Assembly: GCA_040954595.2 (NCBI GenBank) | Contig: CM082595.2 | Coordinates: forward strand, 2,403,943-2,467,942 | Source: Balanoglossus misakiensis | Lineage: Eukaryota; Animalia; Hemichordata | Direction of reading: 5' to 3' | DNA: 64,000 bases | Part shown: positions 12,040 to 26,300 of the stretch, one piece after another | Layout of the letters: each line of letters begins with the position of its first letter | Position numbering within the stretch: the first letter of the stretch is position 1 | Translations under genes and position numbers: made by a program | The notes under the pieces: model-generated | Told to the model about the DNA's origin: nothing | Database searches by the model: none | Seen by the model: the letters and a program-made list of their open reading frames with translations, nothing else

Positions 12040-12200
12040 TCACGAAAATGGTGAGGTACACGTGATAAGAAATTGTAGAAAGGCGATTGATTGCAAGCCG
12101 CGATTGGTCTTCTAACTTATATTACAGCCGGCACATGCGCAAGGGAGCGTAACCCATGGTTACGCCAATCATCCCGATTCTGATATTTCACCGCCGTTGC
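12040..12200 (-). promoter_or_regulatory. Candidate promoter / non-coding first exon of the secreted-protein gene
   Basis: An acceptor (ttccag) at 11703-11702 just upstream of the ATG implies a 5' UTR intron. There is a minus-strand GTGAGT donor at ~12043, CCAAT/ATTGG boxes near 12104 and 12165, GCACATGCGC at 12131, and the dyad GCGTAACC-CAT-GGTTACGC at 12147-12165. Confidence 0.3.
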
Positions 12201-14047
12201 CGAGAGTGTCCGATTTGGTCGTTGTAGATTTGTTGCAGAAAAATTGTAATCTATATACACAAGTTAGTTTGTTAGATGTCATCATGATTCGACAGGAGTT
12301 AGGGTTGCACGCTTGACTGAGCAACTTGACACTACATGCACTAGAAGTTGCATAAAATGTGTTAATGATTTCATTCAACTAAATGCCATATGTTTTGTCA
12401 CTTTTGCTGTTCTGCGCCCTTGTTTACGCTGGCAGAGCACCAAGGAGCCTTACTCAAATTTGTCACGTTGTAAACCGAAGTGCTGACGTCACATATATTG
12501 CTGTTCTTTGCAGTCGTTTAGTTTACATCTAGACATTGATCGAGAAACCAGACGTCAAATATTACCAGGGGTACGTGTAAGCGGCAAAATAAAGGGATGG
12601 CGTAGCGGCAGTAACACGCGGAGACGCTCTCAACCTGAATTGCAACTGAACCACCGTTGCATGGCTTTGGAAACTCGTATACTGTACGATCGAGTCGTTT
12701 GGGCTTCGTTCACCCATACGCATAGCTTCCCCCCAAAAACGACAGTTATCCGTCTTGTAATTTTCATTTCCAGCGGCTTCTTTTTAATGAACCGAGAAAG
12801 ACGGGACGATTATCGATTTCTCCGACCAAGAGGAAATAGCAAACTGTTCTTTGAAAAACCTTAAAATCTTGCTTGGGACTTTGAGTAGATTCTCGATCGG
12901 TGCAAGACATCACTAGAAATATATGAACGAACACTTCGCACATGACTTTTACGCGTGCCCATCCAACGAAAATCTATGATTGGCTAGATCTACACTTTCC
13001 ACGATAACCGTATTCGCATGTGCATAAGTGACTGTATACCTTTCATGTTTCAGCTGAAATTTGCGAGAATAAATTGTTGACAAATTTGCAAAAACTATAT
13101 GTTGGTTTGCAAGAATAATGGGTATTTCATTCCTCTAGGGATATTTAGACATTTAGAGCTAAAAACATGTCTGGAGACTATACATGCAGTGTGGTAGAAT
13201 TCGCGTAAGAAAACTTGAAATGTTTCTGCAATGTCAGAAGTTTTCCAAGTGTTCTATCCTGGTTTTGTACTGATGAAGATTCTGCAGAAGAAAACATGCA
13301 TTGGGAGGAGAGCTAAACTAAAATCTAAATGTAGAAAAAAACTCACAAAATTAAATACTGCAAAGCGATGTTCATCAGCTGTGTTGGATAAATAATTCCA
13401 TGTAAAGTAATTCAATTAGAGAAAGTATTGAAGGAAATACAAAATCGCATACCTGATTCTTCGGAGACGTGTGGCGATATGAGTTTGATGATGAGTCTGT
13501 GTGATATCTGTTAAGGCAGCAGTTGCTAAGTGACCGGAGGATGACGAACACCTCTCGTTTATTAATGCTACAGGAAGTGACGTAAGCCCGCCAGGGGGAT
13601 CAACGCTTAATCATTGCCGGGGCTTTCATAATTCCTCACAGGTAAGCAAAGATACGATGAAAAGCAGCGAGAATTTATAGGAAACTCGTTTATGGCCCCC
13701 CTTCCCCAAATTACCGCTTCTCGAGTTCCCCAATTTCGAGCATCAGCGGGAGCATAATAGTTTCGCCACAAGGCTTAAATCTCCACTCCCGAGCAAAAAA
13801 TTAAATAAATATAACCGTCTTCGCGATTTGTGATCTCCACTGCCCGGTAAGTCATTCCTGCGTAGGCGTGGAACGCCAGATTACAGCTCTTTCCCCCATG
13901 GACTATTGTTGTCTACTCTATACGGATATTCAACCACCCAACCTTTCACAGACGCAACTTATTAATCCAATTTTTTTCTTGCCAGAATTTCTCGCATATC
14001 ACGTCCTTTGATGTCGCCGACGATTCATCGTTCCAAAATATTACAAG

Positions 14048-14300
14048 TTAAAGGTAGAATGCGCCTCGAAAATCAGTCTCAAACGTTTCCCCATATTTCG
14101 CTCATGGCAACTGTAGATTGTTCTCTATTAAAACTTAAAACGAAAATTGAAACTCGCCGCGCAACATTTTGACTGTTCACGAGAGCACGAAAATTTCTAA
14201 AGTTTGAAATTCAAAATGGCCGCCATCTCTATGGGGTAATTAATGAACTTATGAAGTGGGGATTTACCTGATTTCGACACGGAAAACCTACTTCTAGTAT
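14048..14300. mobile_element. Non-autonomous DNA transposon (MITE) remnant with TTAA flank, possibly Kolobok-like
   Basis: Begins TTAA-AGGTAGAATGCGCCTCG and contains TTCAAAATGGCCGCCATCT. The reverse-complement motifs occur at ~28480-28500 and 28641-28660. The right boundary is approximate and the superfamily is inferred from the termini only. Confidence 0.5.
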
Positions 14301-17300
14301 TGATATTGTCGTGAAGTTTGACACACAGCTCGGCCAAACCAAATAACTGTATGCTGATTGTTCTCATTATTGACTACTATCACTACCTCGTATTTCAAAA
14401 ACGAGCACCGTGATTCTTACATTTTTTACCGATTTCTATTACATTTGCAAAGGAGAATCCATAAATCCACAACAACACTGTCAATTTTATCGATCGTACA
14501 TCCTAATAAAGTAAATCGTGTTCAACACTTTCATCAGAATTGTCAAGATGCGTGACAGGTATTGGCAAATAAATTAATTAGACCTAAGAGACAATGATCT
14601 TTTACCTGTATTGTATAACGGTGACCGCAGAGATAAGGCGAGCATTGGCAACACCTGTGATGATCTTTTATCTTTTGAATAATTGATTTCGAAGAATTAC
14701 ATTTATCAAATCACGGTCAAAGTAATATCATACATCGTTCTTAGCCTAGTCGGTTTTATTTCACACTTTATAAAAAAAAGATTAAGGTATTAGTGGTATC
14801 CAGAGGCATTTCCTGGTTTTTCATTCAGATGAATAACGATGTTTTGTAGCTGAGGTTTGGGGACTAAGAAAGATTTAGCGATGCTTTGTGCGTGAGATTT
14901 ACAGCTGTTCGATATATACCGCATTTCTCCTTGTAAGAGCACCTGTTCGGGCACACGTCCCGCCCCCATAAGGGACTGGTCAGTTTCTTCGGCCTGGGGG
15001 CGGTGGATTCTATCTTGTAGATATCAAAAAGTGACTGCCCCCCCCCCCCCCCCACACCTCATGATATACGTTGTAGCGGTTATAAGTTGTGCTGCCTATT
15101 TTGACTTGCTGGCAAACCGTGTCGTGTGGGACCCCGTGCCCGCAGCCGCAGACGGGACGACAGCCTCCCTTTAATTAAATATTTATTTATCACGTTTTAA
15201 GTACAGAACCGCCCTTTGTGGACGGAAAGATTGCCTGCACACACTACTTAAACCAGACTCGTTTAATCGCATGGAAGTATACCCGCGGTCCCACACAAGA
15301 AAAGAAAACTCGCTTTAAAAGTTTGTGCAGAGAATATAATAATCTGTGGATTTGTCATCTAGACGACAATCCAACGATGGATTGTAGAAACTTGCTATCT
15401 TTACTCCTACGCAGAGTCATCGGATCTGGGCCATATTCGCTTGGAAAGTGCCAAGTACCTTTAATTGCTCTGTTAACATATTTTGCACGCTATGTGGACA
15501 GATGTCATGTTTTCAACACCTGTTCACGTATTCCTCGATCAATGTCGTGACACACGTCTCAAGTCATCACCGTGAAATAGGATCATGTCCAAAACAGGCG
15601 CGGTCAGCAATTTATATCGTTGGATTTGTTATTATACTTGAAATTCCATTTTTTTCTTTTGGATTCTTTGTTGATAAAGTCGTTTACCTCATATTCGAGT
15701 ATTCACATCTAGCAATTGTGTTAAGCTCGACAGAAGATAATCTTAGATCTTTGACCGACTTTCACTGAATAAGAGCTTGACAAAGGCGTATTTTATAGCA
15801 AAAGCTCAAGACAGCATTTTTCCTGCGAAGAGCTCGGGAGTAAATCAGGAGAAAGTTTGAAGAGGGATAAACAGGGATAGAGGGAAAGTAACTGAATAAC
15901 ATGTGGTTCCGAAATGTTAAGACACTCTGAGGCTTGACTTCAGGACTGATCTACATTGATTTAATTATAATTCAAATGCGATGATTTCCGTTGCAATGTG
16001 ATGTAAGGGCGTAAGCGGGGGTGTGTAAGTAAGTGCTCGCATCCTGTCGGTCGTGTGCTAGGTATTCGTGTTTTGTGCTTACTTCAACTAACCTTTACAT
16101 GGCTGTGCTTTTTTGTCGTTTTTGAAACATTATAAAGAAACCAACAACCGAAGGGCTGCCGCAGAGTAAAATAGCCGTATTTATCCCCAATATAAGCCCT
16201 TTAATTTAGCGCGACGTTGAATTGGGGATCCCGAAATCAAACCTTTGATTATTGGAAAAGATTACGGGTAAATTATCTACAGCTGAAAATCTGTGGTAAT
16301 TTTGGTTTACCACGATGTCTTTAATGGCAAATATGAAAGTTGAAAAAATCGTGAATTTGAAGTCCCTAATGGTTAAAAATGTCCATGAGAAAGTCACGAT
16401 AATTGGATTTTATTTGGATTTTTGTTTGCGCTCGTGACAACAATAAGCACAGCGACGAAGACCGAGTTGGAGGTTATAAAGTACGTCATTAATATCTTTT
16501 GACAAACAATCCTCAGTTGGCACTACATAAAACAGTTTCAGCTTTTTTGTAATGATCTGTGAAATACGGGTAATAGACTTTTGATAAAGGAATATTAATT
16601 TTTCAGTTTTCACAGTGGATTAAATGCTCTGGCTATATCATTCAGATTTCTGTAAAATATAACCTACGTGGGTACACACAAAATGCTTTAACTTTGAAGG
16701 TGTTTATAAAGTCTTATTCTCTAATCTAAGCTGACTGTAGTTTTCTTAATCCAATCAATAATACATCTTGAACTCGCACTCAGAGCAAGCAAGTAATTCT
16801 CCAGGTGGCCTTTTCGCGCTGCTATTAGTTCTAAACCCATAATCTTGAAGATGTCATATTTTCTCTTTCCCTTGGGTCGCGTACTGATCATTCGGCAGGC
16901 TGTTTACCCACGTCCCCGTTCTCAAGAAAGTGCAAAAAAAGTTAAAATGTCTTTGTCATCTTACCACTATTCTCTGGGTAATATGGCATTTGTCATTTCC
17001 GAAAGGCATATGCCCAAATAACGGCTACTCATTATTTAATCGACTTCGTATCAAAGCATAAATAATTTGTCACCGCGTCTAATAGTCTTGAAGATATCTC
17101 CATAATTGAAACCGTGGAATATTCCCATAATTTGGCGCATAGTTCAAACTATGAGCGTATACCCATATTTGAATAGGAAAAGTGAAAAATTGTTAAGCGA
17201 ATTTCTGGCTCTTTTGAAATCACAGTCTACTTGTAGTCTTAAAGATAAGGCACTCGCGTGTCGTTTACCCACACGCAATTATGGCTTGAATATGACTTCC

Positions 17301-18112
17301 CAATTATCCTGCGCTTAAGTTTGTTTAGCCTCCAGCAATGTAATGACACAACACAACGAGGGCCGGATGTAAGCTTATTACTTGAAGGCACTGGGATGAT
17401 TACTCATATGATATAGGTTGAACCACCAGTTGGCATTTTGTGCAGAATCATTATACATACTTTCGCCCGGAGAACGGAGGATAGTTGGTGCATCTATTGT
17501 TAGGTATAGTATATACCAGACAGTGAACCCAAAGTTAGCGGTCACAAGAAATACTTTTCTTTCTGGTTCCGGCAAAGTTAACAAGAACGAAGATAACTGA
17601 CAAGGGAGAAATTGTACCAGTCAACAAGTTCTACAGATTTTAGCCACGGCACAATACAGCAACAGCTCTTTAACCCCATTTGGAATCGGATACAAGTAGT
17701 AATATTTTCATTAAGCGTCCTAAATGTTAATAAAATATGTGCTTTCCTAATAAACATTTCAGCACACATGATTTCTTTTTTAGTTCGCGCGAAATAACAG
17801 GAATATGACGTCACACAGTGTGATAATCGATAAAGCCTCCATTACACTTAATACCGCAAACGTTCCCTTTTCTTCGTGTCAAAACAATCGATAAAGGACA
17901 AATGAATCGCGTGGATTCGTGATTTTGCTAATTTCTGGTGCAGACAGTGGAAGTCTCGACCTTCATAGTAGCGTGCAACAGCAGGGATTTGAACACATGA
18001 ATATTGGGTGTCTATGACGTCATGTATTTAACACTCTGACGACATAGTTAATCACAAGTGTGATCAGTTAATTGATCTCATTTGTCATTAAAATCAGCCT
18101 TTTAGTATAGGT

Positions 18113-18200
18113 AATAGACCATTTTCCGAACTCTGCAAGACCCTGCGAGATCTCGCTTGGCTAGGCAGTTTATATGGAAGGACATTCCCGTGTCAATTTA
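18113..18200. mobile_element. Fragment of the AATAGA(C/T)..TTTTCC-ended interspersed repeat family
   Basis: AATAGACCATTTTCCG..GCGAGATCTCGC..ATATGGAAGGACATTC resembles 22598-22675, 49658-49690 and the element at 59477-59860. Confidence 0.5.
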
Positions 18201-20398
18201 CAAACACCAAATCACAATAACCGATAACTGTGCTCAATAGCCTTCAAATCCTTAATCAAAACACTCATAATATGTCCATAAATTATCAAAGTAAATTTGA
18301 AAATAGTTACACGGCCCTTCCTATACACTAATACAGTACTCCTGGGCTTGGACAAGCTTTCTATTTCCACATTCAGTAAAAACATGCGCACGCGCGAATT
18401 CAATCGTAGAGCGCATGCTCAGAAGTCTTAGCTTCCCAAGAGCCGTTGCAAGCCCGTCTGTCTTTCGTTGGCTGTGGCCTTGAAATTGGCTCTCTCTCTC
18501 TCTTTCTCTCTCTGAAGTGCCAGTTTTCTCAGAACACCACTATATTCTGGTTGATTACACACGACATATGACGTAGGTTTCGCAAATTAGGTGTGAAAAA
18601 TGTCGATAAGCGTGACAGCATTCAGCAAAACATGGCAATTTAATAATTCGCACACATGTGTTGAATCTCGAAAACTGAAACACCTTGGAGGAGATCATCA
18701 ATTGAGCGTTGATGCAGACAAACTCGAGTTTACACGGTTTAGCCACAAGCCAAGAGTCGGCAATACTATAAGCTTTAACGTCACGAAACAAGGAAAGGGC
18801 GTTCATCTTTTCATATTAAGAGAGAGAGAGAGAGCGAGAAAAACTCAGACATGTTGGTTGGAGCAGGTATATTAAAGACTGATCACTTCGAATGCAAAAC
18901 TTTACTCCCAATGAAACAAATGTTTCTGTCGATGGTGATAACGAGGAAAGTGTCGCACAGGGGTCAATATAACGAAAGGAAGACGTGACCTTTGATATTT
19001 GTCATAGTTTTGTTAAGAGTTACATGTTCTGTCAGGGCTTAAGCTGTAAATAGTCTGTACTGTGGCATTAAGACATATTTAAGCATTTGGCAACGAGACA
19101 CCAAGAAAATCATTAATATCGCATCAAAAGGTCACGTAAGGACTCATTTTGCAGGATAACACTTGCCTGATCACATGTTTTGTGTATTCTTAACTCTTGC
19201 TTTGTGTGTACAACACTCCCGTACTGGACGATTAAGCACGATGTAACACACCAAGTTTTCTAGGTACAAAATGACAGAAATATCAAAGGTTAATCAGCTG
19301 TCATTTATCTTTTGATCATAAAAAAGTGTTGATCCGTTATTTTGCTTCAAGGAAAGTCTTAGAGCGAAAAGTTTCTTCACATCGCACGGATATTGCTTAC
19401 CTTTTATAATTATGCATTTTGTGTATTTATGAGAAAAATTCATTCGTCTTTAGCTACTAACGCTGTGACACTTTGTGGTTAAAGCCCCAGTAGCTGCAAC
19501 TTTTAGCATATTATTAATCGATAACATATTTCAATCTTCTTTTTATCCTAAGTCGAGAGATGAAAACATTTAGAATACACTTTAAGTAAATTTAATCAAT
19601 CACAATACCCTTATTTCTGTACAATAATAACTCAAGAATGCAAGTGTATGCATTAAAATTTAAATTACAGCTCTGTACAATTTGTAGTATTTTAACAACA
19701 TTTTAACACTGAGCAAAATATCCTTGTACACCGCCAAAAATTAAACTCTCCAGAAAAAGGTTCATTCTTTTTAAATAACAATTTCTTGCAAATTTACAGC
19801 ATCTGGGTGAGAACACATTTTAAATATAAAGTCTACATCATTTCTATGCGACTCTGTTGTCCACTTGTAAATTTGAACGTCACAAATCGTTAACATGCGT
19901 AATTATTCTTCTGTTGTATGACTCATAAGACAACAGTGTGTACTACCACTACAGGAAACCCTATGTGATACCAATACAACCCAAATATCACACTGTTTTT
20001 CTTTTACCACGATCTTCGAAAACAGTTTTTTTATGATGATAGCTGCCGACATCATAATATTTAATGAAAACTCCATCAACAAAATATCACATGCATCTAG
20101 AACTTAGAAGTCATCTGTAAATTTTGCAATCATTGCATCAAGCGCGCAATCACATTATCTAAACTCGCTAAGGTAAACAATGCGCGCATATGATGTGTCT
20201 TCTTTCAGTTATTCCGAACTTCAAAATAGAATCGCGAAATTTATATTGCAATGAGTTGTTGCACCACTTGTAAAGTAAAATTCTACATGATTTCACCTTG
20301 TTCTCTTGTAGAAAACTGAAGTCTTGTTAATGCTTTGGCACAACAATACCTTCTGGACAGGGCAGTGCCATCTGTATAACATTTTGTGCCACTTATCT

Positions 20399-23300
20399 TC
20401 ATTGTTGAAGTTTCAGGTATGCATCATCTTCTACATCCATTAGGACCTGATTAAGTTCATCATATTGGTTCTTGGCATAATTGATTAGCTGTGTCACCTA
20501 ATAGGAAACGAGCAATGAAATTAGTCATATCATCATATCTATATGTAACAGTATCTACGTGTACACGTACCAGTAGAAGCATATTATCAGTTTCATTTCT
20601 AAGGGAATTACCGGTAAGAATTAGGAAATAAACCACATGAGCAGGATAACACATTGATGATGTACAGGCATAGATCCTGTGAAAGCTTTTGCCACTGGTT
20701 TATAACCAAGCCTATGTTATTCAGAAATACGGGGAAATGTTTCTTTAAGATGGGATTTTGAAAGACTGAACTTACCTTTTGAGCTATTCTAATAGAATCA
20801 CAGGTAACTTGAGGTCTTTTAATGGGATGTTCCATTTGTAAACCCATTTCTGTGTCAGCCTTTACACTCAGTTCAATGTAAGTTTTGTCATCTGAAAAAA
20901 TATAATTTTGATCAGACCATGATGGACGGTCATACATACATAGATACATAGATACATACATAGATACATAGATACATAGATACATAGATACATAGATACA
21001 TACATACATACATACATACAGACATACAGACATACATACATACATACATACATACAGACAGAGACAGACAGACAGGTGTAACCTTGATTTGCCAAGCTCC
21101 TCGGCAGAAATCAGGTTAGACAACAGTACCTTTGTGTATGTGCTGAGCACTTTGACAGAACTCGGAGTATTGCGTGTGTAAGACCACAGTCCTGGCTTCC
21201 TCTCCTCCAAGAAAGTAAACTCCTTTGGAACTCACTAAGACATACAGTTTACCACTATGCTTGGTGTGCAAACCACTTCTTAGTTCTTCAAAGGCCAAAA
21301 ACCTGCAATGACGATAAATAAAATAAGCACCATATGTAAAATACAGTTCAGTGATCCCTAACCCTAACTGGTTGGTGGGAATTATCAATCAATCAATCAA
21401 TCAATCAACAAAGATTATATAGCATCAAAATCCAAAACAAATTTCGCTATTCCTATTTTCATGTACTCAATGTCTTGGGGTAGTGATGCAGATACGGAAT
21501 ATGAAATACATCCAGTGCAAGTCTCGCACATGAATAACACTAGTGATTTTTTCATGAAATTTTATCACCCCAAAATATGCACTTCTTACCTTTCTGTTGG
21601 GTCCCCTTCATTGAGTTGCAGAAGCTTTTCTTGTCCCTCAGCAGAGCGCGACGTGTATCGTATCAACGTTCCTTCGGGGCCGACACAGCAACGCGGCCGT
21701 CGCACCCGCGTGGGTTGCAGTTGCCCGGCCTTGCTGGAATCTCTCACGGCGGCCGCGGTCCCCGATGCAAAGTCCAACACCCCTGCCGCTGGTTTTGTGA
21801 CTGTTCCAATCACCCCCTTGCCCAGGCCTTTGATTAAACCCTGAAATTACAGACCGATCAAATACAGTAGTCTGCTCCTCGAAAAGCAAAGTCTTAAACT
21901 TTTTCTCATAATTTGCTCAGGGCAACTTTAGATCATTTTCTCTTTATTAAAATTGAGAATAAAAATGTGAGTGCTTGTTAGTTAGTCTTGTATTCAATTC
22001 TGCACACACTGCAGATACATTTGACTTCAATTGATGGCCATCAAACATATCTCATGGATACTCAAACATACGTCATATCGACAGTAATTACTTTTTTGAA
22101 ACCCTATGACGTCTTTACTGCAAGGTGAAATTAAAGTTCAAATGTCTGATAAAACAGGGTTGTCCTGAGATTAAGACTGTTAACAACCAAATTAACCAAT
22201 TTTTTGCTTGAAGCCTTTCCCTATTAACGATTTTAAAGGTTGTCTGACGGTAGTACTGTCATTTAAATATTTTAATAATCCATATTCAAACCTTACCTCT
22301 ACTCCGTCTTGTGAAGCCCCTTCGTAGGTTTGCGTAAACACACTGGTCAGGCCACCCACAATTCCAAATCCAAGACCTTTCAGGCCGGCAACAAAGTGGT
22401 CGCGACTTCGACCTCCATGAGACGAGCGAATGACCTCACGGATCTCCTGGTGTTTGCTGTCCATCGCAATTGTACCAATTCCATCCGATAATGATCCAGT
22501 TACCTTAAAGAGCACAGACAATGTGATAACTCTGTTGGTACTGTGATTTTACATGTATAAATATGGGCATGAATATTTCAAAGGATGAAGTCCAGGAATA
22601 GACCATTTTACTGACTCTACGAGACTGCATAGTATGTGGTTCATATGGGAGGACATTCTCATGTGACACAGGACAACATCATGTGACCCATCAATCAATC
22701 AAAAACATTTATATGGCGCCAATATACAGAGAACTGTTCAGTGGCGCCCGATGGTTGTTCACACACTGTAGGCTGACAGTTTTAAACAAGTGAGTCTTCA
22801 GTTTCCTCTTAAAAGAGTCTAGACTGGTAGCTAGACGAATGTCATCAGGTAGTGAGTTCCAGAGCTTTGGAGCAGCATAAGAAAATTATGTTAAACGCCA
22901 TAAAAGCAACATTTCTTGCAAGTGACAAATTCTCATCTCATTGTCAATCACCTGACAGAAAAGGTGACAACTAGAGGTCATCTGACCAAGATCAAATGTA
23001 TGACAGGCTCTGTACCTTTGCAGCTGAGTTGGAGACTCCATGAGTCACATTTCCGAACAGTCCAACCACGTCGCCACGTTTGACAAAGTCCGAGACTCCA
23101 CCCGCCACATCACCTAGCAACCCCACCGGGTTGCCAAGGAAATCCACAGAGCCCAGGATCTTTGCAGCTTGACTTTTCAGTTCCTTCATTAAATATAAAA
23201 GTGGGAAAAAATTCAAAGAAATGATACAGGTCAAAGTCATGAGAGGTACAAACATTACGAGATGATGCACACAAGTATAGGGCGTGTTTGTTCACTAACG

Positions 23301-26300
23301 TCTCACATCCTATTTACCCTTTGAACTCTGACCCCCTGCTGACCTGTATAGGCTTAAAAATACAGTCAATGCAAGAACTAACAAAAGACACTGCCTTTTA
23401 AACCCCTTTATTATGAAAGATTGGTTTAACTCTGTTGTGTTTAACAGATGGAACCTTTAAGGGTTATCTTTTCAAAGTGCTAAAACTCACCTCTGTGTAA
23501 TGTTTCAGGATCCCACTGATCAAGAAACTCCTGCGTTCAAATGGGTGTACCCTTACAAAGGGATCTAGGTCGACATGGGCATCTTCAAAACCGACCAATG
23601 GAATCCCTAGTTTGGTCTTCAGTGTCTGCAACTCAGCGGGCAGCTTGCTTCTGAGCATGCTCAGTTTGATCTGCGTGGCGTGCAGTTTCAGGTTTTCGAA
23701 ATAGTATCGCTTTGCTTGCTTCTCTGTAGCAAGACTCCTGTAAGAACACAAATCATAAAAAAAAAATGTAACTACAAATATGGATAACACCAGAAATGGA
23801 GTCGACAAAAACTGTGTCAGAACTGTTTCATATTGTCCAACTTTTATCACAGCTAAATGACAAAAACACACAAAATGACACTTACTGTGGCTGATTCTCG
23901 TCCAGTTTTTCAATTTCTGCATCACTTTGGCCATAACCAGCAAACTCCAGTAATCTGAACAGTAACAACTCTTCAATAATCAACGTCATTCGCTTGACTG
24001 TCAAAAGGAATTTCTGAAAGATATCAATAGAATATTCGGTGTAAGTTTTGAGCCTCTGATTTCAACATATTGAGATTTCTTTCCTTGATACTTAACCATT
24101 TCATGCAAAGTTGAATCTAACTTCCTGTCACATGACCATGTTTGTCGGGACATGAAGGAATACATCCAGTATTCTCATAAAGCAATCTGATGATAGATTT
24201 TTTTACCTCGTAGATCTCATAGGTTGGAACTCTGCTATGTGTTTTTGACATGCTGAGATGCAAGGCCGGGGCCACTTCTGTCTGGTCATCTTTGTCACGG
24301 GTCACGAACAGTGTTGGTGAGCGATGTGTATACCTCAGTTGATTATCGATCTACAAATCAGACAGCAAGATATCTCTCGTCAATTGCAATTTGAAATTTC
24401 TTGGATTATAAAAATGTGGCAAAATCATAGGATAAGGATTACACACACATGTATTCATACATTTGTAAACTATAAAGTATGGTACACTCAATATTTCTTC
24501 ACAGATTTTTTCTCAAAAATGACATCACGCAAACCGTTTTTCATACCTGTATGTCAAACACACTTGCTTCAAGACTAGTTCTGTCCAGAGTTTTTGTGTA
24601 ATCAATGTCGATACCCCGGAATGTTGTGTACATTAATTCTTCCGGCACTTTGTTGACGATGGAGATTCCAATCCCACCGGCAAGTTTGACCAGCACCTGG
24701 GAAGACAAAAAATACACAAGATATAGAAATATTCAGTGGATTTCAAGGATTATTCTTGAGTTGGTCCAGCCCATAATTCAGACTATGTATGGATCTGAAC
24801 ATAGAAAAAAAAAATTGCAAAAATTTTTAAAGACTATAATTTTTTCCAGTGACAAGACTGTACCTGCAACTCTTTCTCTGTGTTTTCACTGTCCTGTTCA
24901 GTCTGACCACCTCTCTGTAACTGATGTTCCTGTCTCCCCTTTTCCTCGACCAGTATCCATTCTTCTGAACCTTTCTCGGTCAGTTGCTTCTGTTGATATT
25001 GCTATAGGTGACACATTAAAGGGGAACACTGGTTAGGGTTATATTAAAGGAAAACACTTGTCAGGGGAATATTAAGGGGAACACTAGACTGAGTACTGAT
25101 AGTTGTCCTGAAGCTGTCTTTCTGTAGTACACTCAAATCTCATTCACATGCAAAAAAACAAACCAAGGGGGACATTAAGGTACAGATACAGTAAGTGGCA
25201 AATTGCTAACACTGGGCCAACTCTGTCACATTGGAGTTCATCATCACCTTGCATGTGGTAATGTCAGCAATCCGCAACACTCTTGTTGGACCATCTGTTT
25301 CCACTCGACACATCAACACACCAGACCCCGGACGGAGCTTTTGACGGCCGACATTTTGTTCAGGTAGAGGAAAGTCCTCTAGCCATTGATGGCCTGGTCC
25401 AAGAACTGCAGTGTTACCTAGCGATAAACAGAATAGAATACATCTGGTTTGCAAGTGCCCATATCATGTGTCAACACATCTACTTGTATCACAACCTTCA
25501 CTCTTTGAGCATAACATTTCCAAACACAAATTTTGTGCATGTAATTATGTTCATCTACAGTCATAAACAAATGTTTTTGTCTTCACTAATTACCTTCTTC
25601 TAGTTTTCCATCTTTGGCTTGTACAAACAACTTGAAAGATCCTGGTCCACAGTAGACATGTAATGTGCCATCCTGTGAAGAAATAAAGACAACCAATTAT
25701 TTGCATTTCCTTCCCTGTATCAACTGGACTGGCATTACTTCATGAGTGTTAGCATATCTTTATAATACTCTGTCTGTTCGCATGCTACTTGGAATGAATA
25801 ATTGATCAAGGAAGGATCTTGTTCCATCTAATTCTTTCAATTGTCTGTCTACCTTCCTGTCTGTCTCTGTGTATGTCTCTCACTTGCTTGCTTGTTCATT
25901 GACCAAACCACCCACCCACCCACCCAGACAGACAGACAGACAGACACACAATATATACATTATGCCATACATACACAAACCAACCAATCACCTTCACACA
26001 CTAACACTGACTGGTGAATCCCTCCCCATCCACCCTAAATAATAACACCCTTACATCACAGATCATTTCAATCATAAATTCACTTACTGGAGTGAAATAC
26101 CAAGTTTGGTGTTTCTGTCTGCGTTCATCTGGTTTCCTCAACGTGAGAGGAACATAGGCATTGGCACTGAAGGAGATATTATCGCTGTCCAAGACCAAGC
26201 CGTCTATAGAGTGACTACTCGTGGATCTCCTGGGATCCCTGGGTGGGGACGATCCCTCGTGACGGAGCAGTCCCTTGCTGGTCATTCTCCAGAGTTGAGA

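Noticed and set aside
12169-18875. Numerous 60-118-aa ORFs in the intergenic interval
   Set aside because: No recognisable domains, many non-ATG starts, and I could not build a consistent splice chain.
20868-21095. ORFs reading MYVCMYV here and HSFIHSF at 29779-30060
   Set aside because: They are translations of microsatellites.
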